This document shows positions 53,645 to 63,093 of a stretch of DNA of 64,000 nt, piece by piece. Positions within the stretch are counted from its first letter, which is position 1. Each line of letters opens with the position of its first letter. This DNA comes from an uncultured Gemmatimonadaceae bacterium (GTDB lineage: Bacteria > Gemmatimonadota > Gemmatimonadetes > Gemmatimonadales > Gemmatimonadaceae), in contig CAVXGK010000002.1 in assembly GCA_963761305.1 (NCBI GenBank), forward strand, positions 128,001 through 192,000, in the 5' to 3' direction. Both the position numbers and the translations under genes were made by a program. The notes below the pieces were generated by a model. The model did no database searches. It was given only the letters and a program-made list of their open reading frames with translations, and had not been told where the DNA came from.

Positions 53645-56068
53645 TCAGGGCGGCGGCAGCACTCGGCACGCGTGCGGACCCGTGAATCGTGTCTCGTCGA
53701 GACCGACGCGTCGCACGAGCGTTGCAAACCGTGGGGTTTGGCGGACGAGGTCGTACTCTTGGCCGCACAGCGGTGCGTAGGACGGCCAGATCGCACGGAG
53801 GTCGGTGGCTCGCTCCAATGCATCCAGCGCGCGGGTCGTGTCGCCGACGCCCATATAAGCGAACGCGATGACGACCTCGCTCGCCGAGGTGCGCGGGCGA
53901 CGTTCCATCTCGCGCGCCATCGCGAGCGCGCTGTCCCGCTGGCCGGCGCGGCCGAACAGATACGCGAGGTTCCCCGACATCGGCGCCGGCGCCGATCGAA
54001 AGTGGCGCGCCAGGCGAATGGCATCGTCGAATCGGTGCGCCGCGCCGAACGCGAGCGCCGCGAAGTCGATCGCGGGCGCCACCGTCGAGTCGATCTCGAG
54101 CGCGATCTTCGTCTGCGCGATCGCGTCGTCGACCCGGCCGAGGGCCAGGTCCGCGTTGATGACCCACGCCGGCGCGACGCCGGAAACCGGGTCGAGCTGC
54201 TGCGCGGTCCGCAGCTCCGCGAACGCATCCTGCGGGCGCCCGACGGAAATGAGAAATCGCGCATACTGCGTGTGTGCCGACGCGTCGGACGGATCGAGCG
54301 CCAACGCCCGACGGAATTCGCCGCCGGCCGCGTCCCACTCCCACGCGTGGGCGTGCATCATCGCGAGCGCCAGATGCGCCTCGGCCTGCGAGCTGTCGAG
54401 CGAGAGTGCGCGGTTGGCCGCCTTCTCGACGCGATCGTGGAGATCGGCGGTCGACGCGCTGCCAAAGTAGGGAAAGTATTCGAGGGTCTCTGCCAAGCCC
54501 GCGTAGGCCGGAGCGAACATGGAGTCCTTGTCGATCGCAACTTGAAACAGGTTCGCGGCCTCGGTGACCGATCGACGGGACAGAACGAGAAAGCGCGCTC
54601 GCAGGTATGCGTCGTGTGCTTCCGGATTGGTCGTCGCGCCTGGCGCGCTGGTCGCCCCGCGCGAGCCCGCGGCATCGCCGGGCGCGCCGGGCCGGATTCC
54701 CAAACGCACCGCCAGCGCCGCCGTGATGGCTCTGGTGATGCGGTCTTCGAGCGCGAATACGTCTCGCGCATCGCCGTCATAGCGATCCTGCCAGATCTCG
54801 GTATTGTCGGCGGCACTCGTCACTTGCACTCCGACCCGAATCCGCTCGCCTTCGCGACGTACGCTCCCTTGAACGACGAAGCCCGCGCCGAGCGCTCGGC
54901 CGACGCTGCGCGCGTCGAGATCGCGGCGTCCCTTGTATTGGAAAGCCCTCGATCGAGCCGCGATCTGAATCCCGTCCACCTTTCCGAGCGCCGTCGCCAG
55001 CTCATCGGTCATGCCGTCGGCGAAATACTCCTGCGCCGAGTCGCCGCCGACGTTGGTGAGCGGCAACACCGCGAGCACGCGTTTGGACGGCGAGCCGCTC
55101 GTGCTCGCGCCGCGACCGAAAGCGACGTATGCACCGGCGCCGATCAGTAGAACGGCTGCGCCCCCCGCCACACCGCGGACGAGCGCGCGGCGCGGCGCTC
55201 GAAAGGAGATCGGTCCGGCCGGCGTGATGCCGCCTTCGAGACGCGTGAGCAGCTCGGCGCCGGACTGTGGTCGATCGCCCGGGTCCTTCGCCAAACACTG
55301 CGCAACGAGGCTCGCCAACGGCTCTGGCGTGTCGGCCCGCTTCACGCCCACGTTCGGCGCCTGCTCGGAGAAGTGCGCCGCGAGCGTCTGTTGCATCGAG
55401 CGACCGTGAAACGGCGTCTCACCGGCGAGCACCTCGTACGCAAGGCAACCGAACGCGTAGACGTCGGCGCGGCAGTCCACGTGCGGATCACCGGCGGCCT
55501 GCTCGGGCGCCATGTAGGCCGGTGTGCCGACGCCCGATCCCGCCTGCGTGAGCGTGGCGTCGCTCCCTTCGGTGCGCGCCGCGCTGATGGCTTTCGCGAT
55601 GCCGAAGTCGGTGACCACTGCTGCGCCGCCCGAGATCAACACGTTGTCCGGTTTGATGTCGCGGTGCACCACGCCTCGCTCGTGCGCGTACGCCAGCGCC
55701 CGAGCCACATCGCGAAGCACGTTGATGACTTCGGAAATGGGCAGCGCGCCGGTTTTGATGAGGCGGTCGCGCAGCGAGAGCCCGTCCACGAACGGCATCG
55801 TGTAGTACGGCAGGCCGGCCGCTTCGCCCGAAGACAAAAGCGGGACGATGTTCGCCTGCTGCAGCGAAGCGGCCAGCCGGATCTCGCGCGCGAAGCGGCT
55901 CGCCGACACGCCCGCAGCCAATTCGGGCGAGATCACCTTGATCACGACGGTGCGGCCGAGCGAGGTCTCCGTCGCCACGAACACGCGCGACATCCCGCCG
56001 CGCGTGAGTTCGCGCTGCACGCCGTACGTGCCGTCCAATGCCGCCTGCAGTTGGTCGCGGAGCTCCAT
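53645..56068 (-). CDS. Hanks-type Ser/Thr kinase with TolB-N-like domain and TPRs
   Basis: GGMSRVF, HRDIKPDN, DFG, GTPAYMAPEQ; LAVLPL..YFADGMTDEL; TPR helices (FAPAYAGLAE, FRRALALDP). Confidence 0.95.
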   Translation of the reverse strand: MELRDQLQAALDGTYGVQRELTRGGMSRVFVATETSLGRTVVIKVISPELAAGVSASRFAREIRLAASLQQANIVPLLSSGEAAGLPYYTMPFVDGLSLRDRLIKTGALPISEVINVLRDVARALAYAHERGVVHRDIKPDNVLISGGAAVVTDFGIAKAISAARTEGSDATLTQAGSGVGTPAYMAPEQAAGDPHVDCRADVYAFGCLAYEVLAGETPFHGRSMQQTLAAHFSEQAPNVGVKRADTPEPLASLVAQCLAKDPGDRPQSGAELLTRLEGGITPAGPISFRAPRRALVRGVAGGAAVLLIGAGAYVAFGRGASTSGSPSKRVLAVLPLTNVGGDSAQEYFADGMTDELATALGKVDGIQIAARSRAFQYKGRRDLDARSVGRALGAGFVVQGSVRREGERIRVGVQVTSAADNTEIWQDRYDGDARDVFALEDRITRAITAALAVRLGIRPGAPGDAAGSRGATSAPGATTNPEAHDAYLRARFLVLSRRSVTEAANLFQVAIDKDSMFAPAYAGLAETLEYFPYFGSASTADLHDRVEKAANRALSLDSSQAEAHLALAMMHAHAWEWDAAGGEFRRALALDPSDASAHTQYARFLISVGRPQDAFAELRTAQQLDPVSGVAPAWVINADLALGRVDDAIAQTKIALEIDSTVAPAIDFAALAFGAAHRFDDAIRLARHFRSAPAPMSGNLAYLFGRAGQRDSALAMAREMERRPRTSASEVVIAFAYMGVGDTTRALDALERATDLRAIWPSYAPLCGQEYDLVRQTPRFATLVRRVGLDETRFTGPHACRVLPPP

Positions 56069-56293
56069 CTCCTCGGGAGGGTGGAGGGATGGTCACAAGC
56101 TACGAAACACGAACGGCGCCCGCGAGACACCACGTCCGACTCGTTTTCGTGCTGTCTAGGCCCGTCTTCGGCCTCGTCGCCTTCGCCGGCTCAGCGGCGC
56201 CTTTGGCGATTTCAAGCAAAACAATTGCGAATGTCGAATCGGGTTACGCCGAGTACCTCGCATCCGCGAAGTCGTAGGCGCCTCTGGTCGTTC

Positions 56294-56327
56294 CCGGTCC
56301 ACCGGTCCACCGGTCCACCGGTCCACC
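56294..56327. repeat. 8-bp tandem repeat (CCGGTCCA)x4
   Basis: Four exact units plus CC, 2 nt from the ADOP stop codon. Confidence 0.9.
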
Positions 56328-56329
56328 AA

Positions 56330-58738
56330 TCAGTCCGATCTCAAAGCAACGACCGGATCCACACGCGCCGCCCGCCGCGCCGGCGCGAGCGAGGCGACGA
56401 TCGTGACGGCGACGAGCGTCCCCACGACGGCGACGTAGATCGTCGGGTCCAGCGCCGAAACGCCGAAGAGCAGCGCGTGCATCGGTCGCGTCGCCACCGC
56501 TGCCGCCACGACTCCGATCGCGATGCCGAGCGACGACATGCGCAATCCTTCGCCGAGCACCATCGTCGTCAGGCGGCCTTCGACGGCACCGAGCGCGGCG
56601 CGAATGCCGAGCTCTCTGGTGCGACGGCGCACGCCGTACGCGACTACGCCGTAGATCCCCACGGCGCCGAGAAAAAGACCGAGCGCCGCGAATGCGCCCA
56701 GGAGCCGCGCGATCGTGCGACGCGTCGACGACGACATCGCCGACAGCTCCTCGAGCGAACGCACCTGCGCGATCGGAACGGTTTGATCGAGCGAGCGCAC
56801 GGCGGCGCGCACGGCGCTCATGGCTGCGAGCGGGTCGCCGCGCGTGCGAATCACGTAGTGCATGAACACGAGTCCCTGCTGCGCATTCGGCCGGTACACC
56901 TCGGCGGGCGCCGGCTGGTCGGCCGACTGTGAGCGCACGTCGCCCACCACGCCGACGATCGTCGCCCAATCGCGCCGCGATCCGTTTCCGAACTTGATGC
57001 GCTCGCCGATCGGGTTCCGTCCAGGCCAGTATCGTTCGGCCATCGTCGCGTTGATCAGCACGACGGGCGGTGCGTTGCGCGTGTCCGTCGTCTGGAACAG
57101 ACGGCCGCGGACGAGCGGAATTCGCATCGCGCCGAAGTAGTCGCCGACGACGGACCGCCAAATCACCTGCGGACGCGCCGCCGTCGCCGCGATCGGCTGG
57201 CGCTCGATCTCGAGGGAGCCGTTCCAGTTGAAGCCGCTGAGCGGCAGATGCTGCGCCGCGCCGACCCGCTCGACGCCGGGCAGCGCCGCGATGCGGTGCG
57301 ACAGGTCGTCGAAATAGTTCGTCGCATCGGCGGCGCGCACTTGCCCGCTCGACGGCTGTATCAGCATCGTCGCCACGCGGTCCGGGTCGAACCCGAGGTC
57401 GACGCGTCCCAGGCGCCACAGAGAGACGACCATCAACGACGCACCGACCACCAGCACCGTGGCCAGCGCGATCTGCGCGACGACGAGCGACTGGCGCATT
57501 CGCGTCGCGCGGTGTCCGCCGGCATCCAACGCGCTCGCGCGCAGCACGCCGTCGGGATCCACGCTCGATGCGACGAGCGCCGGCCCGATGCCGAACGCGA
57601 TGCCCGCGAGCACGGTCACCAGCGCGGTCACGATCACCACTGTCGCATCCAAGTGGATGTCGCCGGATCGCGGCAGCGAAGCGCCGAGCAGCGCGCGCAA
57701 TGCGCTCGTCCCGGCAACGCCTGCCACCACGCCGATCGACCCGCCGACCGTGGCCAAGACGAGACTCTGGACGAGCAGCTGCCGCACGATCGCGGATTTG
57801 CCGGCACCCAACGCGCGTCGCACCGCCATCTCGCGCCGCCGTCCCACCGCGTGCGCGAGCAGCAGATTCCCCACGTTGACGACCGCGATCAGGGCGAGCA
57901 TCGCCACTGCTCCGTACAGCACGAGGAGCGAACGACGGACGCCGCCGACGAGACTCTCGTGCAGATCGGTGACCGTCGCGCCGCGGGCATAGTCGTCGGT
58001 GTAGTTGAACGCGACGCGCATTTGCGGCGCGAGCGCGGCGAGCTCACGCGTGGCTTGCGCGAGCGTCGCGCCGGGGCGCAGACGTCCGAACGCCGTGGCC
58101 GTCGCGCCGGTGTAGAACGATGACGCCGGATCGATCTGCACCGGAAGCCATGCGTCGACATCGGCGTGGAACGCCTCGAAGTCCGCGGGCATCACGCCAA
58201 CGATTCGATGCGGCTCTCCGTCCATGTCGACGACCCTGCCGACGACCGTGCTGTCGCTGCCGAACTGCGACGCCCACAGCTCGTGGCTCAATACCGCCAC
58301 GTTCCAGTGTCCCGGCACCGACTCGTCGGGCGCGAACGTTCGTCCGAGCATCGGCCGCATGCCGAGGACCGAAAAAAAGTTCGTCGACACGCGCGCGGCG
58401 TCGAGCTGGTGCGGCTCGCCGGCGCCCGTCATCGCGATGCCCCAGCCCGGGCTGAACGCCGCGACGGAGGCGAGCGTCGAGACGTGTCGTTGCATGAACA
58501 CGAGCTCGGCGTTGGAAATCGTGCGCGTCGGCCAGATCGCGGCCAGTCGCTCGGGCTGCGTGTAGGGCAGGGGGCGCAAGAGCACGCTGCGGACGACGCT
58601 GAACATCGCCGCGTTGGCGCCGACGCCGAGGGCGAATGTGGCCAGCGCGACGATCGTGAGGGTCCGCTCTCGGCGGGCCTGCCGGAGCGCGACGCTCAGG
58701 TCACGCCGGATTGATTGCCACTGGTATCGGCTCTGCAT
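56330..58738 (-). CDS. ADOP-family duplicated ABC permease
   Basis: From ATG 58738: TFALGVGANAAMFSVV, VNVGNLLL..RRREMAVRRALGAG, RRTRELGIRAALGA, ARVDPVVALRSD. Confidence 0.92.
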   Translation of the reverse strand: MQSRYQWQSIRRDLSVALRQARRERTLTIVALATFALGVGANAAMFSVVRSVLLRPLPYTQPERLAAIWPTRTISNAELVFMQRHVSTLASVAAFSPGWGIAMTGAGEPHQLDAARVSTNFFSVLGMRPMLGRTFAPDESVPGHWNVAVLSHELWASQFGSDSTVVGRVVDMDGEPHRIVGVMPADFEAFHADVDAWLPVQIDPASSFYTGATATAFGRLRPGATLAQATRELAALAPQMRVAFNYTDDYARGATVTDLHESLVGGVRRSLLVLYGAVAMLALIAVVNVGNLLLAHAVGRRREMAVRRALGAGKSAIVRQLLVQSLVLATVGGSIGVVAGVAGTSALRALLGASLPRSGDIHLDATVVIVTALVTVLAGIAFGIGPALVASSVDPDGVLRASALDAGGHRATRMRQSLVVAQIALATVLVVGASLMVVSLWRLGRVDLGFDPDRVATMLIQPSSGQVRAADATNYFDDLSHRIAALPGVERVGAAQHLPLSGFNWNGSLEIERQPIAATAARPQVIWRSVVGDYFGAMRIPLVRGRLFQTTDTRNAPPVVLINATMAERYWPGRNPIGERIKFGNGSRRDWATIVGVVGDVRSQSADQPAPAEVYRPNAQQGLVFMHYVIRTRGDPLAAMSAVRAAVRSLDQTVPIAQVRSLEELSAMSSSTRRTIARLLGAFAALGLFLGAVGIYGVVAYGVRRRTRELGIRAALGAVEGRLTTMVLGEGLRMSSLGIAIGVVAAAVATRPMHALLFGVSALDPTIYVAVVGTLVAVTIVASLAPARRAARVDPVVALRSD

Positions 58739-58861
58739 CCCGTCGCCTATGGGGAAAGGAGGGAAGGGTTCGCGGAGGTGAGCCGGCGACCGGGTCACCG
58801 CACGCCGCCACCGCACTCTCGGCCCTTGGACATCACGTCACAGGGCAAAGGTTGGGTGATT

Positions 58862-59016
58862 TGTGACGGAACGCACAGGGCAAGTGTGGCCTAGGCGGCG
58901 CCGTGAGGAAAATCACGGAGTTTCGGTGCCCCGGATGTCTTGCGCGCTGCTACGAAATCTTCTAAGAATGCTAAACGCTGGACGGACAAGGTTTTTCAGC
59001 TGTGACCGTGGTCACC
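58862..59016. promoter_or_regulatory. Three CRP/FNR-family-like boxes in the divergent ADOP-ompA region
   Basis: TGTGA-N6-GCACA (58862-58877), CGTGA-N6-TCACG (58902-58917), TGTGA-N6-TCACC (59001-59016). Confidence 0.5.
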
Positions 59017-59091
59017 AATGTAGTGCCCGGTTCTTGCGAGCTACCGTCTGCGAATCACCGTTCGCCAACCACACCACAGGAGATCGTGCAG

Positions 59092-59763
59092 ATGCGCCTA
59101 CATACCGGATCGATGCTCGCATGCGTCGGGGCAATTGGATTACTGAGCGGCTGTGCCACCACGGGCGCCCTCAAGCGCGCGCAGCAGCAGAACGCTGATG
59201 CCCTCGCGCAGGCGAACGCCTCGCAGAAGGCCGCGCTCGACGCCGAGGCCGCGCAGCGCGCCTCGACCGATAGCGCCCTTCGCCAGCAGCTCGGACTCGT
59301 CCAGGGTGACGTGCAACAGCTGAAGACCGACCTTCAGGCGATGAAGAATGACTTCAACGCCAAGATCACGGCGATGCAGGATGGTCTGCACTTCGACATG
59401 CCCGTGAACTTCGCCTTCAACGACGCGACCGTTCGCCAGGAAGACTATTCCTCGCTGACGCGTTTCGCGCACATCGTGCAGCAGTACTATCCGCAGTCGA
59501 AGGTGACGATCGAAGGCTTCGCTGATCCCGCGGGCTCGGCCCGCTACAACCTCACGCTCTCCGAGCGTCGGGCGAAGGCGGTCCAGGATTACCTCAACTC
59601 GCAGGGCCTCTCGGCCTCGCAGACGGAAACCGTCGGCTACGGCAAGACGCGTCTCGTTGTCCCGAAGGCTTGGGGCGACCAGCCGGGCGCCGAGCTCAAC
59701 CGCCGCGCCGTGTTCGTGATCGAAACCAAGGGTCAGACGAGCGTCGCCCTGACCACGCCGTAA
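59092..59763 (+). CDS. OmpA-family lipoprotein with coiled-coil linker
   Basis: Lipobox LSGC; VNFAFN..IEGFAD..YNLTLSERRAKAVQDYL..GYG..NRRA. Confidence 0.93.
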   Translation: MRLHTGSMLACVGAIGLLSGCATTGALKRAQQQNADALAQANASQKAALDAEAAQRASTDSALRQQLGLVQGDVQQLKTDLQAMKNDFNAKITAMQDGLHFDMPVNFAFNDATVRQEDYSSLTRFAHIVQQYYPQSKVTIEGFADPAGSARYNLTLSERRAKAVQDYLNSQGLSASQTETVGYGKTRLVVPKAWGDQPGAELNRRAVFVIETKGQTSVALTTP

Positions 59764-59796
59764 CTGACGCGTTAGCGTCAAATTGGCGAACGGTCG

Positions 59797-59839
59797 ACAG
59801 CCCGCCGGTGCACTCGCACCGGCGGGCTGTTGGTTTTTT
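59797..59839 (+). terminator. Rho-independent terminator of ompA
   Basis: 15-bp stem ACAGCCCGCCGGTGC-actc-GCACCGGCGGGCTGT followed by TGGTTTTTT. Confidence 0.88.
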
Positions 59840-59871
59840 GGGGGAGCGGCGAACGGACGTGGGGATGCTAG

Positions 59872-59913
59872 AGATGTCCGACGTCTGACATCAGATATCT
59901 GACGTCAGATTTC
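59872..59913. repeat. Six tandem self-complementary heptamers (HGAYDTC)
   Basis: AGATGTC CGACGTC TGACATC AGATATC TGACGTC AGATTTC. Contains the perfect palindrome ATCTGACGTCAGAT (59897-59910). Confidence 0.8.
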
Positions 59914-59924
59914 TCAGCGCCGTT

Positions 59925-59950
59925 CCGGTCCACCGGTCCACCGGTCCACC
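59925..59950. repeat. 8-bp tandem repeat (CCGGTCCA)x3
   Basis: Three exact units plus CC, followed by degenerate CCCGTCCA. Confidence 0.85.
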
Positions 59951-59976
59951 CGTTCTTCCCGTCCATCCCATTCCTG

Positions 59977-60023
59977 TTGCCTTCCTACAGGACGCCGCCT
60001 ATCCTCTGTAGGAATCCTACAGA
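59977..60023 (+). promoter_or_regulatory. padR promoter and palindromic operator
   Basis: TTGCCT (59977-59982), N17, TATCCT (60000-60005), overlapping TCTGTAGGA-A-TCCTACAGA (60005-60023). An extra TCCTACAG half-site lies in the spacer. Confidence 0.75.
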
Positions 60024-60035
60024 ACGGGCCCCCCT

Positions 60036-60368
60036 GTGACGTCCGACCAAGCCGACGTACTGCGCGGCACGCTCGACCTCCTCATCCTGAAAACGCTCAC
60101 CCTCGAGCCGATGCACGGCTGGGGGATCGGCGCGCGAATTCAACAGTTCTCGCGCGGCGTCCTCGACGTGAACCAGGGATCGCTCTATCCCGCGCTACAA
60201 CGCCTCGAACAGCGCGGATGGATCGACAGTGGGTGGAAGACCACGGAGAACAATCGCCGCGCCAAGTACTATCGCCTGACCGCTTCGGGACGGCGCGCCG
60301 TGGGCTCCGAGACCGACAGCTGGCGCCGGTACGTCGCCGCGGTCGAATTGATCCTCGAGACGTCGTGA
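60036..60368 (+). CDS. PadR family transcriptional regulator (acidobacterial type)
   Basis: VLRGTLDLLILKTL..MHGWGIG..VNQGSLYPALQRLE..TENNRRAKYYRLT. Confidence 0.95.
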   Translation: MTSDQADVLRGTLDLLILKTLTLEPMHGWGIGARIQQFSRGVLDVNQGSLYPALQRLEQRGWIDSGWKTTENNRRAKYYRLTASGRRAVGSETDSWRRYVAAVELILETS

Positions 60369-60378
60369 GAAGCCGCCA

Positions 60379-63030
60379 ATGAGTCTCCTGCACGCGCTGC
60401 GCGCGCGATTGCGCGCGATGTTTGGTCCCGCCGCCGCCGACCGTTCGCTCTCCGACGAGATCCGGTTTCACATCGATCTCGAGACCGAGAAGAACGTGCG
60501 GCTCGGCATGCATCCCGACGAAGCGCGCCGCCGCGCGCTCGCGCACTTCGGCGGCGTGCAACGCGTCCGCGAGGACCACCGCGACGTTCGCCCGATGCGC
60601 TGGCTCGAGGACGCGATCGCCGACTCACGCTTCGCGCTGCGATCGCTCCGTCGCGCGCCGTCGCTCGGCGTGGCGGCCGTCGTGACGCTCGCCCTCGGCA
60701 TCGGCGCCAACGTCGCCATCTTCTCGGCCGTGAACGCGGTGGTGCTGCAGCCGCTGCCGTTTCCGGCGCCGGACCGACTGGCGATGATCACCGAGGAGAA
60801 TCCCGAGAAGCACTGGCATTTGCAGGAAGCCGCGCCGGCCAACGTGCTCGATTGGCGCGCCGGCGTGCCGGCCTTTCAGGACGTCACGGCGTACGCCGAT
60901 TTTCTTGGGACGTCGACGCTCACCGGCCGAGGTGATCCGCAGACGATACAGGTCGTCTACGCCGCGGGGAATTTCTTCTCCGTCATCGGCGCGCGTCCCG
61001 CGCTCGGCCGCACGTTCACCGACGATGAGACGTGGCGACCAGCTGCGGTCGCGGTGCTCAGCGATCGAGCGTGGCGCACGCGATTCGGCGGCGATTCCAC
61101 GATTCTCGGCAAGTCGGTCACGCTCGATGGCCGCGACTTCCAAGTCGTGGGCGTGATGCCGCCGGACTTCAGGTTCCCGTTCGAGAACGTGGATCTGTGG
61201 CGCTCCATCGGCTGGGACCCGAAAGACCGCGCCGACGTCGGCTTTCGCCGAGCGCACTGGGTACGCGCCGTCGCGCGACTCAAGCCCGGGGTGCCGCTCG
61301 AGACGGCGAACGCCCAATTGCAGAGCGTCGTGGCGCGCCTCAAGCAGCAGTATCCTGAGACGAACAAGTACATGGGCGCGCTGATGCTGCCGCTGCAATC
61401 GTTCCTCGTCGGCGACACGCGGCTGCCGCTGCTGTTGCTCCTCACCTCTGTCGCGTTCCTCTTGCTCATCGCCTGCGCGAACGTCGGCAACCTGTTGCTC
61501 GTTCAGGCAGCGGGCCGCGAGCGCGAAGCGGCGCTTCGCCTCGCGCTCGGCGCCGGTCGCGGACGTCTCGTGCGACAAGCGCTCACCGAGAGCTCGATGC
61601 TGTCCGCGCTCGGCGGTGCGGCGGGGCTGGTACTGGGTTGGGTCGGCACGCGCGCGCTGGTGCGGCTGCAGCCGAGCGGAATGCTCCGCGTGCACGACTT
61701 CGGCGTCGACGCCACGGTGCTCGCCTACGTGTTGGCGATCACCGTCGTGAGTGGACTCATCTTCGGCGTGGCGCCCGCGCTGTGGATGCGGCGCCGCGAT
61801 CCGGCCACGTCGCTCAAGGATGGGGGGCGCGGAGCAGGGCAGGGTCTCCGCGCCAAGCGGTGGGGCGAAGCGCTCGTCGTTGGCGAAGTCGCGCTCGCGC
61901 TCCTGATGACGACCGGCGCGGGTCTCATCGTGCGAAGCTTCTGGCAAGTCAGGAACGTCGACCCCGGCTTCGACTCGCATGGCGTGCTCACGGCACAGGT
62001 CGGACTGAGCCGAGCGTACGACACCGTTACCAAAGTCGACGCGTTCATGTCGCAGCTGGAGACGCGCGCGCGCGCGATTCCGGGCGTCACCGGCGCCGCG
62101 CTCGCGACGAGCATTCCGTTCATGGGGACCAGCTACACGAGCGACTACATCGCGTACGGTCGCGCGGCCAACGACTACGGCACCGAGATTGGACACCGCA
62201 CCGTCAGCGCCAGCTATTTCAACACGATGAAGGTGCCGCTCCTCAGCGGACGGATGTTCGACGGGACGGATCGCATCGGCAGCGTGCCGGTCGTGCTCAT
62301 CAACGACGCGCTCGCCAAGTCGTACTTCCGCGGACAGAATCCCGTCGGCCAGCGGATGTCGTTCGACAGGGTGCCGACGAACAAATCCGCGTGGTACACG
62401 ATCGTCGGGGTCGTGGCCAACGAGCACGTCGACGCGCTCGACATTCAGCCGCGCATCGAAGCCTTCAATGCGTCTTCGCAGTACCCGTCGAGCAGCACGT
62501 TCGTGTTGCTGCGGACGAGCGGCGATCCGTCGAATCTCGCGGCGTCGCTGCGCTCCGTCCTGCACGACCTCGACCCGTCCCTCGCGCTGATCGACGCCAA
62601 GCCGATGGACGATCTTCGTGCGTCGTCGCTGGCGCGCATTCGATTCCTCACTACGATGCTCCTCGGGTTCGCGCTCGTCGGAGTCGTGCTGGCGGTGGTC
62701 GGCGTCTACGGCGTGCTGGCGCACATCTCGCGCAATCGCACGCGCGAGATGGGGATTCGCGTGGCGCTCGGCGCGCAGACGTCACAGGTGCGATGGCTCG
62801 TCGTGCGGCACGGCCTGGCCCTGTCGCTAAGCGGACTCGCGCTCGGTCTCATCGTCGCGTCGTTCGCGACGCGGCTCATGTCGAAACTGCTGTTCAACGT
62901 GGCGCCGAACGATCCGCTCACGCTCGTCGGCGTTTCGGTGTTGCTCGTGGTCACGAGCCTGTTGGCCGCATCGCTGCCCGCGCGTCGCGCCGCGCGCGTC
63001 GACCCGGCGATCGCGTTGCGGGCGGACTAA
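60379..63030 (+). CDS. ADOP-family duplicated ABC permease (intact, with N-terminal prefix domain)
   Basis: LSDEIRFHID..EARRRALAHFGG; TLALGIGANVAIFS; IACANVGNLLL; RTREMGIRVALGA; ARVDPAIALRAD. Confidence 0.95.
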   Translation: MSLLHALRARLRAMFGPAAADRSLSDEIRFHIDLETEKNVRLGMHPDEARRRALAHFGGVQRVREDHRDVRPMRWLEDAIADSRFALRSLRRAPSLGVAAVVTLALGIGANVAIFSAVNAVVLQPLPFPAPDRLAMITEENPEKHWHLQEAAPANVLDWRAGVPAFQDVTAYADFLGTSTLTGRGDPQTIQVVYAAGNFFSVIGARPALGRTFTDDETWRPAAVAVLSDRAWRTRFGGDSTILGKSVTLDGRDFQVVGVMPPDFRFPFENVDLWRSIGWDPKDRADVGFRRAHWVRAVARLKPGVPLETANAQLQSVVARLKQQYPETNKYMGALMLPLQSFLVGDTRLPLLLLLTSVAFLLLIACANVGNLLLVQAAGREREAALRLALGAGRGRLVRQALTESSMLSALGGAAGLVLGWVGTRALVRLQPSGMLRVHDFGVDATVLAYVLAITVVSGLIFGVAPALWMRRRDPATSLKDGGRGAGQGLRAKRWGEALVVGEVALALLMTTGAGLIVRSFWQVRNVDPGFDSHGVLTAQVGLSRAYDTVTKVDAFMSQLETRARAIPGVTGAALATSIPFMGTSYTSDYIAYGRAANDYGTEIGHRTVSASYFNTMKVPLLSGRMFDGTDRIGSVPVVLINDALAKSYFRGQNPVGQRMSFDRVPTNKSAWYTIVGVVANEHVDALDIQPRIEAFNASSQYPSSSTFVLLRTSGDPSNLAASLRSVLHDLDPSLALIDAKPMDDLRASSLARIRFLTTMLLGFALVGVVLAVVGVYGVLAHISRNRTREMGIRVALGAQTSQVRWLVVRHGLALSLSGLALGLIVASFATRLMSKLLFNVAPNDPLTLVGVSVLLVVTSLLAASLPARRAARVDPAIALRAD

Positions 63031-63043
63031 CGGCAACTGCTTC

Positions 63044-63087
63044 GACGCAGAGACGCAGAGACGCAGAGACGCAGAGAACACAGAGAC
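63044..63087 (+). repeat. (GACGCAGA)x4 plus degenerate unit; solo arm of the CGCRGAG family
   Basis: GACGCAGA at 63044, 63052, 63060 and 63068, then GAACACAGAGAC, between the convergent ADOP and rhomboid genes. Confidence 0.88.
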
Positions 63088-63093
63088 GGCCGC

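Noticed and set aside
56038..56277. 79-aa ORF in the kinase-ADOP gap
   Set aside because: No SD, no recognisable motif, and it overlaps the kinase start. Cannot be supported.
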